From positions 7,998,001 to 8,062,000 of the forward strand of contig JBHGNT010000018.1 in NCBI GenBank assembly GCA_043228905.1: DNA of 64,000 nt, in the 5' to 3' direction. Below the pieces are notes generated by a model. That model was not told the origin of the DNA, did not search any database, and worked only from the letters and a program-made list of their open reading frames with translations. A program made the translations under genes and the position numbers. The stretch comes from Azolla caroliniana. Its lineage: Eukaryota > Plantae > Polypodiophyta. Positions 1-11,507 of this stretch are shown here, one piece after another; the stretch's first letter is position 1; every line of letters starts with the position of its first letter.

Positions 1-480
1 TGCTGATTAGGATAGACGTCCTTGTGCATTTACTATTGGTGAAAAAGTTTTTTTGCGTGTCCCTACTGACTCTACGTCATTGTCTATGGGCAAGTGCGCT
101 AAGTTAGGCCCACAATATTGTGGCCCATTTGAAATCCTTAAGTGGATTGGGTCATCTGCTTATCACCTTGCCTTACCCCGTAACGTTGGTATTCATCTTG
201 TTTTTCACATGAGTTGTCTAAAACCATTTTTAGGCTTTGGTGATAACACCATCACAATCCAAGATCTTGTAACATTAGTGGATTTTTCTTACAAACCTCA
301 TGTTCCTGAAAGAATTCTTGGTTCTCGTACTAACCGTTTACGTTCTAAACAGATTCGGCTATTCAAGATCAAATGGATAGATAAACCTATCGATGATGCC
401 ACATGGGAACGCGAGCATACTCTTAAGGCACAATTTCCTCACTTTATTGAAAGAGTGCAATCTTTTGAAGTAGGGAAGTA
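1..480 (+). pseudogene. 3' end of Ty3/gypsy chromovirus pol (integrase C-terminus and chromodomain)
   Basis: ORF 53-496 has KLGPQYCGPFEI (GPY/F motif) and PERIL..KW..DDATWE (chromodomain); purine tract GAAGTAGGGAAGTA just before 481. Confidence 0.9.
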
Positions 481-960
481 TGTTATGTACACATAACATT
501 GCTGAGGGTAGGTCACTAATATTTACATTAGTGAAGGGTATGTTCACTAATGTTAAAAAGTGGACTAATGATTGGATAGAAGGAATGATAGGTGCCAACA
601 CTATCATGATTTGGACAACCAATGAATGGAGAGCCTCTTAGAAAGGCACATTTGTTCAAGGGGCCTAGGAAAAGGTATAAATATGAGGCTTATCTACCCT
701 CATAAGGACATTACGTTGGAAGGTTGCTGTCTTAGACACCGGTGGTGCGGGCTAGGCTTTCGTCTTGACGATTGTGTTTATCTCTGCCAAGGTATTAGTC
801 ATCCTAATATCCGGCGGTATGGGACGTCAGTGGTAGGTTGGTTATGTCTAGATCATAGCTCGAGGACAATCGGGTGGAACGAGTTCTTCTATCCATTCTA
901 TTTTCCTTCTTTTACTTTAGTTTGGTCTATTGATTAGTAATAGACTCTTACCACCTTTCA
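481..960 (+). mobile_element. 3' LTR of the first chromovirus, inserted into the RNase H region of the next element
   Basis: Starts TGTTA after the PPT, ends TTTCA, contains TATAAAT; RNase H coding sequence (EINYEIHDKELLAIV) begins at 961. Confidence 0.75.
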
Positions 961-2868
961 TTCATGAAAGTTTGAAGCTGTAGAGATCAACTACGAGATC
1001 CATGACAAAGAGCTTCTTGCAATTGTGGATTCGTTTCAACAATGGACACATATTATAGAAGGTTCTTCTCAGTAGATCATTGTCTACAATGATCATAAGA
1101 ACCTGACTTATTTCCAAAATGCTCGAGTCTTGAGTCGCCGACAAGCCCAATGAGCGCAATTTTTGACTCACTTCGACTTTATCATCATATATTGCCCTGG
1201 GATGCAGCAAGGCAAAGCAGATGCTCTTTCTCGGCGCTCTTATATGGAACTTCATCCAAGGGAACCTGCATTTGAGCATGAAAAACAAATCCTATTCGGT
1301 CCTAATCGCTTACGATTAATGGTAGTTAATGCCATAAAAACTCTTGAAGATTCCACTCTTCTTGATTCCATTCGAGATCATATAGACATTGATGATTTCG
1401 CCAAGGATGTTTTGGATCATATCGTCCCGGATCGTGTTTCTTCCTCACGATCGAAAAATCCTCGTAATGACTATTGTCAGTTCTATTGGCATGGTGGTTT
1501 TCTGTTTCGACAAAACCTATTGTATGTTCCTGATGGTCCCCCACGACTACAAGTTTTACAACATTGCCATGACTCACCAATGGCCGGTCATTTTGGAGTT
1601 CGCAAGTCTCTAGAATTAACTTCTCGACTTTATTGGTGGCCTCGCCTTCGTCATTTTGTTGAGGAGATTGTTCGCAACTGTGATATATGTTGTCGATCAA
1701 AGAATCCTCGTCATCGATCCTATGGCTTACTACAACCACTTCCCATTCTGGAAAATCCTTGGAAATCAATATCCTTGTATTTCATTACTAATCTCCTAGT
1801 TTCAAAAGGTTTTGATGCAATTCTCACAGTGGTTGATCGATTTACCAAAATGGCACATTTCTTGCCATGTATGAAGTCGATTACTAGTTGAGAGGCAGCC
1901 AATCTGGTTATGCGGGAGGTATTTAAGTATCATGGTCTGCCGGATTATATTATTAGTGATTGTGGTCCACAATTCATCTCAAAGTTTTGGAAGCACATGT
2001 TCAAACTTCTCCAAATTTCGGTTAAGCTTTCTTCGGGCTATCATCCTAAAACAAATGGCCAAACTGAGCGTACCAACCAGACGTTGGAGCAATATCTTCG
2101 TTGTTTCATCAACTATCAACAAGATGATTGGGTTGATTTTCTACACTTAGCAAAATTCGCTTACAATAACTCAGCCCATTCTTCTACAGGATATTCCCCA
2201 TTTTTTGCAAATACGGGTTGTCATCCTTGGTGGACAATGAATGCACATCCAGATGTTCCTACCAACCCCGTTGCCGAGGATCGTCTTAGTCGCCTCCAAA
2301 AAATTCACGCTACCATTCTCCACAATTTGCACGATGCTCAAGTTACACACAAGAGGCTTGCCTATCATCATCGTCTAGACTCCTCAAAAAAGTTCCGCGC
2401 TGAAGATCATGTATGGCTTCTCCAACACAACATCAAGACCACTTGACCTTACAGTAAATTGGATTACCAATGTTTTGGCCCTTACATGATCACTAGTAAG
2501 ATAAGTGATGTTGCATTTCGTCTTGGCCTCCCTCCACACATGCATCTTCATCCTGTGTTTCATGTATCCCTTTTGGAACCTTATACTACAAGTTCAATTT
2601 CGGGCCGTCTTACGACACCCCCACCACATGTCGAGTTCTTGGACGGACCCGAATTTGAAGTTACTGCCATTCTCAATTCTAAAATCGTGCGCAACAAGCT
2701 GTATTACTTAGTTGATTGGCTAGGCTATACCCCCAATGATCGAACTTGGGAACCTATTGTAAATCTTTCCAATGCTGTGGAACTTGTCACTACATTTCAT
2801 CACCAATATCCTCGTAAACTAGGTCCTATTACAAACCCTATGACCCATGCATCGAAGAAGGGGGATAG
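961..2868 (+). pseudogene. Tcn1-like gypsy pol fragment: RNase H, integrase, chromodomain (with stops)
   Basis: HDKELLAIV, KADALSR, HDSPMAGH..CDIC zinc finger, VVDRFTKM, SDCGPQF, GQTERTNQ, YYLVDWLGY; PPT GAAGAAGGGGGATAG at 2854-2868. Confidence 0.92.
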
Positions 2869-3433
2869 TGTCATGATAACACTCACATCACGCATCAAAA
2901 GGATCATGACACTCACATTATGCCTGGACAGGATTTAAACCCACGACCTTGTTGTACACATGTCAAATCTTTAGCCATTGTATTAATATTCTTGTATGTA
3001 TAGTTTTTAGAATATGAAATCTAATATCATAGGAATATTCTATATTACTCTACATTCTAGAATGACCTACAATATTCTAGACTGTTCTATACACTAGAAC
3101 CTTCTAGAATACTCTAGAGATCTTCTAGATTACTCTACATTCTAGGATAACCTAGAATATTCTAGAGTGTTCTCTATTACTTATAAATTGGGATCTACCA
3201 CTCATCCCAAACCTAAATTGGTTCAACGCCATTTTGTAGTACTCTGTTGCCTACTCTTTGTAAACCATTTACTCTTCAATATAATAATTCCTTTTCAATG
3301 ATCTCTCTATCTTCTTTCTTTCTCTCTCTATCTCTCTTTGTCTTGAGAAATGGAAGAGAAACATAACAACTTTAGCAATAGAAGACAAAGATCCATAATA
3401 TATAGACGGGTATATATTAGACACGGAATGACA
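2869..3433 (+). mobile_element. 3' LTR of the Tcn1-like element
   Basis: TGTCAT...ATGACA termini, follows the PPT, TATAAA near 3182, TCTAGA-rich subrepeats 3040-3170. Confidence 0.88.
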
Positions 3434-3734
3434 ATCTCGACAATTGATCGCAAATAACAACATGGACAGTCATGGCAAGAATTCTACGAGCATGTTATGT
3501 TAAGCTAAAGTTTGACTGAAATCAGCCTTAATGTAAACTAATTCATGTTTCTCCATATTGGTCGTTAGCAATACACGTGGTGAAACCAATGTCATAAGTC
3601 AACAAACCAAGTATATAGAAATAAAATTGAAACATATAGAAGAATACAACGAATGGAATACACCAAGTAGAACCCAAAATTTGTATTAGTAATATGAATT
3701 CAAAACAATACATTTCGTCAAAAAAAGAGTCTAT

Positions 3735-6525
3735 TACATAGCAATCAAATCGTCAATGTCATTTTCTTCTTCAACTCTTATAGAAGTCTCTTCGGCTATA
3801 CGTGCATGGTCTTCCCTTGTTACCATAAGATCTTCTATAAGCTCATCATCAAGCTCAATTAGCTCCTTGGTTCCCCGGCTAATGGAGGAATAGGCTCTCC
3901 TGAAGCAGGTTGAAACCTTTCAGTATCAGCAACGTGCTTTGCACCAACCTCGTTTTGGTCTAGGTACTCCCACAAAGCCTTAATCCTCATGTTTATAAAT
4001 ATAACCTGCTCCTCGTCCTTCTCTAATGCAACTATGTTTCTGAAGAGCTTCAATGCACATGCAGATGTTGTCCCTATGAAGAAAGCAACAAGAAGGATTA
4101 GTTTTCAAACAAAAAAGAATCAATATTGGTTATCTGAAGAACGTAAACCTAGTTCGAGGAATAACTGTGCTAGAAACGAGGTCTAATATCCAATCTCCTT
4201 CTACAGAAAACATCTGGATCAAGCGCATCATAAGTCGTTGAGGTTTTTGGTATGGGTTGACAAGTCCCCGTTCTATCGTGGTGACATGTTGCAATTTCCG
4301 TGTCACTGCTGGATATACCAGCAGATTTGAACCTCCGACGTCATTAGAATGCTCCTTAATTCTTTCTTTCTTTATTTCATCGAAGTAGCCAACCGAAATG
4401 TATTCAATGGCATTTACAAACCGAAAGGTTGGCCCTCTATTGACATTGGTTTTTATCCTATAACAAATATTGCATCGAGTTAAGAATAGACTCAACAATA
4501 TTAAGAAAGGCAATATAGTAAATGAGACTTATAAATAATCCTTACCATGCAATGTTCTCGATGTCATGCCAACGAGATCTCATAGCTTGAGCTACCGAGT
4601 ACGCTTGGTCCATACTATGAAAGAAAACTATCCTCCACAAGGATGCAGTCGTTAGCTTAGCAAAATCCTTGACCATCTTCTCCAATTGTTTGAACCTAAA
4701 AGCTTCATTGTTGTATGATGACCTTGCCATTCGAAATCTATATGGAATATCAGCAATCAATAGCGTATATTCCTTCTTTGGCACTTTTTGGATCATGTCA
4801 ACGACATCGCCACAAATCATGTTGTAGTAAAGATCTCTAGTAATGTCCTTCTTGTGGCTAAATTTTTTGAAGGAGCCATCTTCCTCAATTTCGTATGCCT
4901 TGACTAAGCGACGATCCTTTTCTTTTCTAGCTCTCTCGAGATGTTCAAGGAAGGATGTCGGGAAATCGTGTATATCCTTAACTTCTCTTGGTTTCTTGGC
5001 ACGACACAATTTCCAATAGAAGCAATAAGACACCAAGTATTATTACACAACATCTACCTATGAGCAAAACGTTATGAAAAACACCAATACTAACCCAATC
5101 CTTGAATGCAATAAAATACTCGGATAACGCCTTATATGAACACGTATAGAGGATAATCCTCGGTCACTTGGTCCCAAGTTATACATCCAACTTGTTTCAT
5201 CACAACTTCTTGGATCTTCATGTACACCTTATGATTGTGAAATTAGAGAACAAGATTAGAACTTTCAATTGCACATATTGAATTCAATATCACTATTTGA
5301 AAGACATACTTATTGAATTCAGTGACCATTTCTTCAAGGCTTAATTCTTTCGCCACAACCGTTGACAAAATAGACACAAGAAGTTGCTCCTCCTTAATAC
5401 CTTGCATCGCTCTCCATAGAGACAACTTTATGTCACCAATTGTCAAATCAATTTTCTTGGTCGCCAGTGACTTTAATTCTAGTTGAGGGTCTACCTTACA
5501 TTTCTTTTGTGGTTGACCCTTGACCTCCTTTTTCTCCCACATTAAGAAGATTTGATCTTGTAGGTCCCATACTTCTCAATCTCTAAAGCCAAGTTGAAAC
5601 CAAGTCTCATATTTCTGAAGACCATCCGACTTAACATTATCATCCACCACAATGCCGACCTCATGAAGGCATTGACGTCGTATGCCAGGTTGTAGCTTCA
5701 CACCAAACTTTTGTTTCACGTCCAAGTATTCATCGCGGAAGAACCTTATCCGTTCAATAGATGACATTTTCTTCCTATAGTCATTGTCGTTGTTGTGGTC
5801 CCATGCCAAAAACTTTGCCTCTTCAGTTGTGAGGCCCACGTATATTTTGCATTGGGCATAGAAGAAACTCATTGGTTGCTCTCTAACAAGTTGTCGGCAT
5901 GCTTCAGCCGAATGTGATCCACCAATTACAAAGATATTGTATTGATCATGCTTTCTCACGTCGAAGTCCTCAATTGTGGAACATTCTTCGGGATCTACCA
6001 TCACAATGAAAGGCACAATTGTAGCATGTGGATTTATTTTCATTTTTTTCTTGAGATTCTGAACATGCATTCGGTGTGGCTCTTTGTTCGCAAGTGGTCT
6101 TCGTCCTATTTTCACATCTACTGGGGCCGATGGATTTGTGTTAGAGGAAAATTAAACACTTTCCCTTTTCTCACCAATTTGCGCTGCATTAACTCTCTCC
6201 GAATCTTATTCTGGTCGGATGACAACACACTAGATGCCAACTCAGCACTAGGTGTCCCCCTAGTGTCCTCATCTTCGGTTGAGCTTGATGAATTGGAGTC
6301 TAGCATTTTAGTGGTCTTCTTTTTTGTTGGTCTTGATTGCACATTAGATGCCTTTTTTGGGGCCTTCACTAGGGAGGAAGAGGGCTCCCTTAGAGTTACA
6401 TGGCCTTGTATATATGGCCTCAAGGTGACAATAAGATTTTGTGAGCTTTGCAGATCTTTTCTAAAAGATTCAGGCCCACAAGATTCCATTACTAGTGTTA
6501 AGCGCTTGGATTGCAACACAACCAA
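3735..6525 (-). pseudogene. Multi-exon gene remnant: ParB/Srx-like domain plus beta-class N6A/N4C DNA methyltransferase
   Basis: VPFIVMV..FVIGGSHSAEA (ParB/Srx-like); ICGDVVDMI..LLIADIPY; W|IKTN across GT-AG intron 4545-4458; NPYQKP..LI..S.EGDWILDLVSST|GTT..RNIVALEKD across intron 4164-4074; frameshift near 6120 and in-frame TGA near 5577. Confidence 0.82.
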
Positions 6526-6561
6526 TCATGAATAAGAGCGCATCAACAAGGGCGTAGTATG

Positions 6562-7102
6562 TGTTGAAGGACCTATGAAGAGGAAACATCAAGAGGAAAA
6601 GAGGCAAAGGGACGTCCAAGTGTGAAAGGCCCATGCCCTAAACGTGAATGCTATATAAACCACATAATAGTGGCTTTGTAAGGGTTCCTCCATTTGTAAA
6701 AATCTTCCTATTGATTAAGAGCTAGAGCTTTCTCTCCTCCTTCTTGTAACCTTTAAGCTTAAGAGAGATTAGTGAAGTGTTTAGTTAGAGAACACTAATC
6801 TCTCTTCCTTTTGGTGCTAGAAATCTTAGCAAAGAGGGTTAATAAACATATTCATTACTCTCATTGTCTATATTCATTACCCTATTTTCTATGAGAGCGA
6901 GCTTGAGAGAGTGACAGAGATATCATGCTTAATCATCTATTAATCGTTAAGTGAGTGTGAGGTTCGGAGGTGTCCGACAACCATCTCCGCCTGATTCGCC
7001 ATCAAAAGGGTATACGCTGGTTCAAACTCCGCAAATGACATCGAGGAGTTAACTCTGTCGATACATAGATCGTACACATCTATTTAGCGTCACTGCCGGG
7101 GA
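6562..7102 (+). mobile_element. Probable LTR (about 6562-7078) with a degenerate tRNA-Asp-type PBS (7085-7102)
   Basis: TGTTG start, CTATATAAA, AATAAA, then TAGCGTCACTGCCGGGGA resembling the Athila-type PBS TGGCGCCGTTGCCGGGGA; no partner LTR found. Confidence 0.55.
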
Positions 7103-7517
7103 TACAACTGACGCTTGAAGCTGATTTCGAGTAGTCAAAAACTCGTAGGCAACCCACTTAATGAAGGAAGAAATTGAAAGGGAACCACTATTTTCTGTTT
7201 GTTTTGCTCACTATTTCATAGTTTAATTAAGTTAATTTTCTGTTTTTAAAACACTCACTATTTCACATTTTCACTAAGTTTATTTTTTGTTTTTAAAGAA
7301 GTTTTAAATTACCCTTCCTTAATCGCCCAGACATTAGCAAGCTATTCATTCGGTTAATGCTAAGCATTGTTGAGATTTAGCCGTTGCAGGGCAAGCATAA
7401 CCACCACGATTCTCGCGGATTACGATCATCCTACGGGACACGAAACGATTGTTGGCGCCAAAAAATTCAAATTTCCCACACAAAGTTCGTTGAAAGATCA
7501 GAGTTTGATAAGGGAAG

Positions 7518-7748
7518 CATCCTTCGACGAAAGATCAAAGTTTGACGAACCCACATCCTTCGATGAAAGATCAAAGTTCGACGAACCTACATCCTTTGAC
7601 GAAAGATCAAAGTTCGATGAACCCACATCTTTCGACGAACCCATATCCTTCGACGAAAGATCAAAGTTTGACGAACCCACATCCTTCGACGAAAGATCAA
7701 AGTTCGACGAACCCACATCCTTCGATGAAGATCAAAGTTCGATGAACC
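7518..7748. repeat. 36-bp minisatellite, about 6 copies
   Basis: Unit CATCCTTCGACGAAAGATCAAAGTTCGACGAACCCA, translating as repeated SFDERSKFDEPT. Confidence 0.95.
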
Positions 7749-8394
7749 CGCAAAAGCTTGACAGGAAAACATGGTCGTATCCTCCTGGACAGAGATGTTC
7801 AAAACCCGACCCACACGCTAGGAGGAGTCCACCCAAACAACCAAATGCACGATGCTGACCCACCTAACCCGACTTGGTACCACGGAGGGTGGCTAACTCC
7901 GGGGACACTACCAAACATGAACCTCCCATCGAGCCCAGGAACTAAGGCACCTCTCAACACGCCCCCCCACTACAGGAGAGCCCAATGGCAGACCTACTTA
8001 GCGTAAAGTGACACATACAAGACGCCGCGCCGGAGTTATGGGTGATAGAACAAGAAATCAATCTATGGACAATACAACTCGCGAAAGGAGGAATACCGGA
8101 AATCATCACTTGAGATATTGAAGCCACTTTGACGGAAAGGAAAGACAGATTCGCACGAGTGCAACAAAAACGTCACCTCCTAGAAACATCATCACACATC
8201 CACCTCCTAGTACCCCGTTTTCTTGGTTTCAGTGATGCCTATGATCACGTCGAGAGGTTCAAACAGATTTTTCGCGCTTATGAACCGCTCACAGAGACCA
8301 CCAAGGTAGCCGAATTTGGGCTTACACTCGATGACCAAGACCGAATTTTGTTTCGAACTTTGAATGAAGACATCGTCGCAGATTTCGAGTACGT

Positions 8395-11300
8395 TGTCGT
8401 GCCTTTCGGCTCCGGATCGTTGCGTGAGTCGGGTGGGAACCACTGGGGTTTTGGACTAGGAGGAGGAAGAATTTGAGACTATTATAATTATGAGTAGATT
8501 ATTAGAAACTTGTGAATCCCACAAGTATAATGTATTTTATTGATTAATATTTATGTAAGAATATGTATTTAGATTGAAAGAGATAGATTATCTTAAACTT
8601 CGTGAATCCCACGAGTATATTTTATTAATTGGTGTTTTAGGAAATATATCCAATTTCCCAAATATTTTTCACACACCTATTACATTGTGCTCCCCATCCT
8701 TATGTAGTGATGGGAGAGACTAAGCATAGCTACATGCTTTTTTTTTCTAATATGTTCATGCACACTAAATGTGCATGTGATGCTTTTCTAATCCTTGCTT
8801 TTATTTGCTAATCCTTCCAAAACTAGATGTGCATGAGTCACTTTTTAGTTGCTTGCGTTTTTCTATAAAATATTCACGCACTCTAAAAATGCACGATTTA
8901 CCTTTTTAATAAAGGTAGGCGCAAATAAAGCAGTTATAGTTATTAAATCTATTTATAGAACACTAAAGATAAGGTAGCATAATGGTAAAGTTGAGGTTTG
9001 GCTACGTGGAGGTACAGGGTTCAAATCCTGCCCTATGCACGTGATAAATATCTTGATATATTATTTTATTTATTTATATGTAATTAAATCGGTTATATTA
9101 TTTTTTACTTTTTCACGTAGTGTACGAAATACACTACGACACTCGCCCCCTCCGAACCCGCACATCCTCCGGTATGTGCCGAAGTTGCCGATGCTCGTTG
9201 TCTCCCCTTCATCCTCCGTTTGTCCCGCTATGTCAACTTTGTCTCTCCATTTTGAGTAGACCCATTCTTTCCACCCGAACCATTGTCGCCATCCGATCCA
9301 CCATATTCTTTGTTCATTCTTTGCATTGCCATGAGTGGTTGTCATGGTCCCTTGTGGTACTCTTGAGCATCTCGGTGTGTTGTCTCTCTCCACTCCGCGC
9401 TTGTCTTCCGTAGGTTCTACCCACGCGTCGATGTCGACCTCCGAATACGCGCTCGCTGTTAGGTCCTTGTGCGGCTTTAATGCATGCTTTATTTCTCGAT
9501 GTTGCGCATGCGTCGTATTAGGCCGTAGCGCATGCTTCGTATTCCATCGTAGTGCATGCGCCGTATTACCCCGTAGTGCATGCTTATTTTTGCACCGTAG
9601 CGTGTGCTTCTTTTTGCGCCGTAGCGTGTGCTTCTCTTTACGCCGTAGCACGTGCTTCTTTTGGTGCCGTAGTGCGTGCTCCGTATTACATGCTTCTCCC
9701 ATCGTAGACCCGACCTTCGCGTTGTCATGCTTTTGTTTACATCGGAATTTCAGACGGATCATCTTCCATCCGAACCGGCTTCCGACTTTACCTTCCTTGT
9801 TGCCACCTCCCGTCTCTCCGGTCTCACGTTGGTTCTCGGACACAACCGCCGAAGTCTCTAGAATTAGTGGGTAGGAATCCTCGGTATTATCATCTTCCGT
9901 TGTTTCACCCATAGCCATGTTCTCCTTGGCTATCTCTCCTTCGTATGCATCGGCTTCGACCTTCGTTTCGTTGCCGCCACTTTCCTTATCTTCGGTGTTA
10001 TGTCGACACCCGGGCTCCAGTACCGAAGTCTCCGAAACAATGGTGAAGGAATCCCTTCGTTCGTGCTCATTTACTTTGTCTTCCTCGTTGCCCTTCCAGT
10101 CCTCCACTTTTCCACCGACACATTCCGTCTCTCCGGTCTCACGTTGGTGCACGGGCACAGCCGCCGAAGTCTCTGGAACCGGTGTGGGGATACCCTTTCG
10201 TCCTCGATCTTCCTCCTCCTCGTCCTTTGTTGGCCTCGACTTTGGTTCGGTTTTAAGCTCCCCTTCAATGTCGACTTGCGACTTTTCATGCATCTCCGAA
10301 CCCTTCCGCATCAAGCTCTCCTTCGGTGGTAATCGGTGGCCGCTTTTCACCCACTGTTGACCGCCGTTCGTGGACCATGTCCTCGTCCGCTTCGGTCTTA
10401 GATAGTCATATGTGTCTCGTATAGCTTCTTTAAAGGACTCCCACATCGGGCTTTGTTGTCGTATCTCGTGGATTCTCTCTTGAAGCTCATCCGTAGCCAC
10501 CCGGTTGAAAGATAACACTTGCAATCTTTCTGAGATACCATATCGCAACATCTCCATTTTGTAGTCACGTAGATAGCGTGACACGTCCTTTCCATCGAAT
10601 TGCCCGTTCTGTTGCACGAGCCGTTGTACTACTGTCGTGATCTCCGACATCTCGCGTTGTTCTTGTAGCATTCTCTCGAACATCATCATCATCATGTTCA
10701 TCGCCTCTTGTTGATTCTCCATCTCCTTGCCACCCGCCTTCACGTCGGGTTCACCAACTGTGTCGTGCCTTTCGGCTCCGGATCGTTGCGTGAGTCGGGT
10801 GGGAACCACTGGGGTTTTGGACTAGGAGGAGGAAGAATTTGAGACTATTATAATTATGAGTAGATTATTAGAAACTTGTGAATCCCACAAGTATAATGTA
10901 TTTTATTGATTAATATTTATGTAAGAATATGTATTTAGATTGAAAGAGATAGATTATCTTAAACTTCGTGAATCCCACGAGTATATTTTATTAATTGGTG
11001 TTTTAGGAAATATATCCAATTTCCCAAATATTTTTCACACACCTATTACATTGTGCTCCCCATCCTTATGTAGTGATGGGAGAGACTAAGCATAGCTACA
11101 TGCTTTTTTTTTCTAATATGTTCATGCACACTAAATGTGCATGTGATGCTTTTCTAATCCTTGCTTTTATTTGCTAATCCTTCCAAAACTAGATGTGCAT
11201 GAGTCACTTTTTAGTTGCTTGCGTTTTTCTATAAAATATTCACGCACTCTAAAAATGCACGATTTACCTTTTTAATAAAGGTAGGCGCAAATAAAGCAGT

Positions 11301-11507
11301 TATAGTTATTAAATCTATTTATAGAACACTAAAGATAAGGTAGCATAATGGTAAAGTTGAGGTTTGGCTACGTGGAGGTACAGGGTTCAAATCCTGCCCT
11401 ATGCACGTGATAAATATCTTGATATATTATTTTATTTATTTATATGTAATTAAATCGGTTATATTATTTTTTACTTTTTCACGTAGTGTACGAAATACAC
11501 TACGACA
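8395..11507 (-). mobile_element. Young non-autonomous LTR element F (LTRs 8395-9141 and 10761-11507)
   Basis: 747-bp LTRs that look identical, TGTCGT..ACGACA termini; PBS TGGTGAACCCGACGTGA (10740-10756, tRNA-Trp type); PPT GGAGGGGGCGAG; 4-bp TSD ACGT. Confidence 0.95.
9070..10722 (-). CDS. Gag-derived ORF of element F with acidic and basic repeats, no pol
   Basis: Open frame; N-terminus FDGKDVSRYL..YKMEM matches the gag of element G (FDGKDVTRY..YKTKM); about 8 copies of a 9-aa HALRxxxK repeat. Confidence 0.7.
   Translation of the reverse strand: MENQQEAMNMMMMMFERMLQEQREMSEITTVVQRLVQQNGQFDGKDVSRYLRDYKMEMLRYGISERLQVLSFNRVATDELQERIHEIRQQSPMWESFKEAIRDTYDYLRPKRTRTWSTNGGQQWVKSGHRLPPKESLMRKGSEMHEKSQVDIEGELKTEPKSRPTKDEEEEDRGRKGIPTPVPETSAAVPVHQRETGETECVGGKVEDWKGNEEDKVNEHERRDSFTIVSETSVLEPGCRHNTEDKESGGNETKVEADAYEGEIAKENMAMGETTEDDNTEDSYPLILETSAVVSENQRETGETGGGNKEGKVGSRFGWKMIRLKFRCKQKHDNAKVGSTMGEACNTEHALRHQKKHVLRRKEKHTLRRKKKHTLRCKNKHALRGNTAHALRWNTKHALRPNTTHAQHREIKHALKPHKDLTASAYSEVDIDAWVEPTEDKRGVERDNTPRCSRVPQGTMTTTHGNAKNEQRIWWIGWRQWFGWKEWVYSKWRDKVDIAGQTEDEGETTSIGNFGTYRRMCGFGGGECRSVFRTLREKVKNNITDLITYK

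Noticed and set aside
3735-6525. Bacterial contamination explaining the MTase
   Set aside because: Spliceosomal-type introns split conserved motifs and plant LTR elements flank it directly
7367-7858. 163-aa repeat protein
   Set aside because: Open in several frames only because of the 36-bp minisatellite; no domain evidence
8974-9038. Functional tRNA gene
   Set aside because: A and B boxes are present but no convincing acceptor or anticodon stems; it lies inside an LTR (same for 28108-28165)
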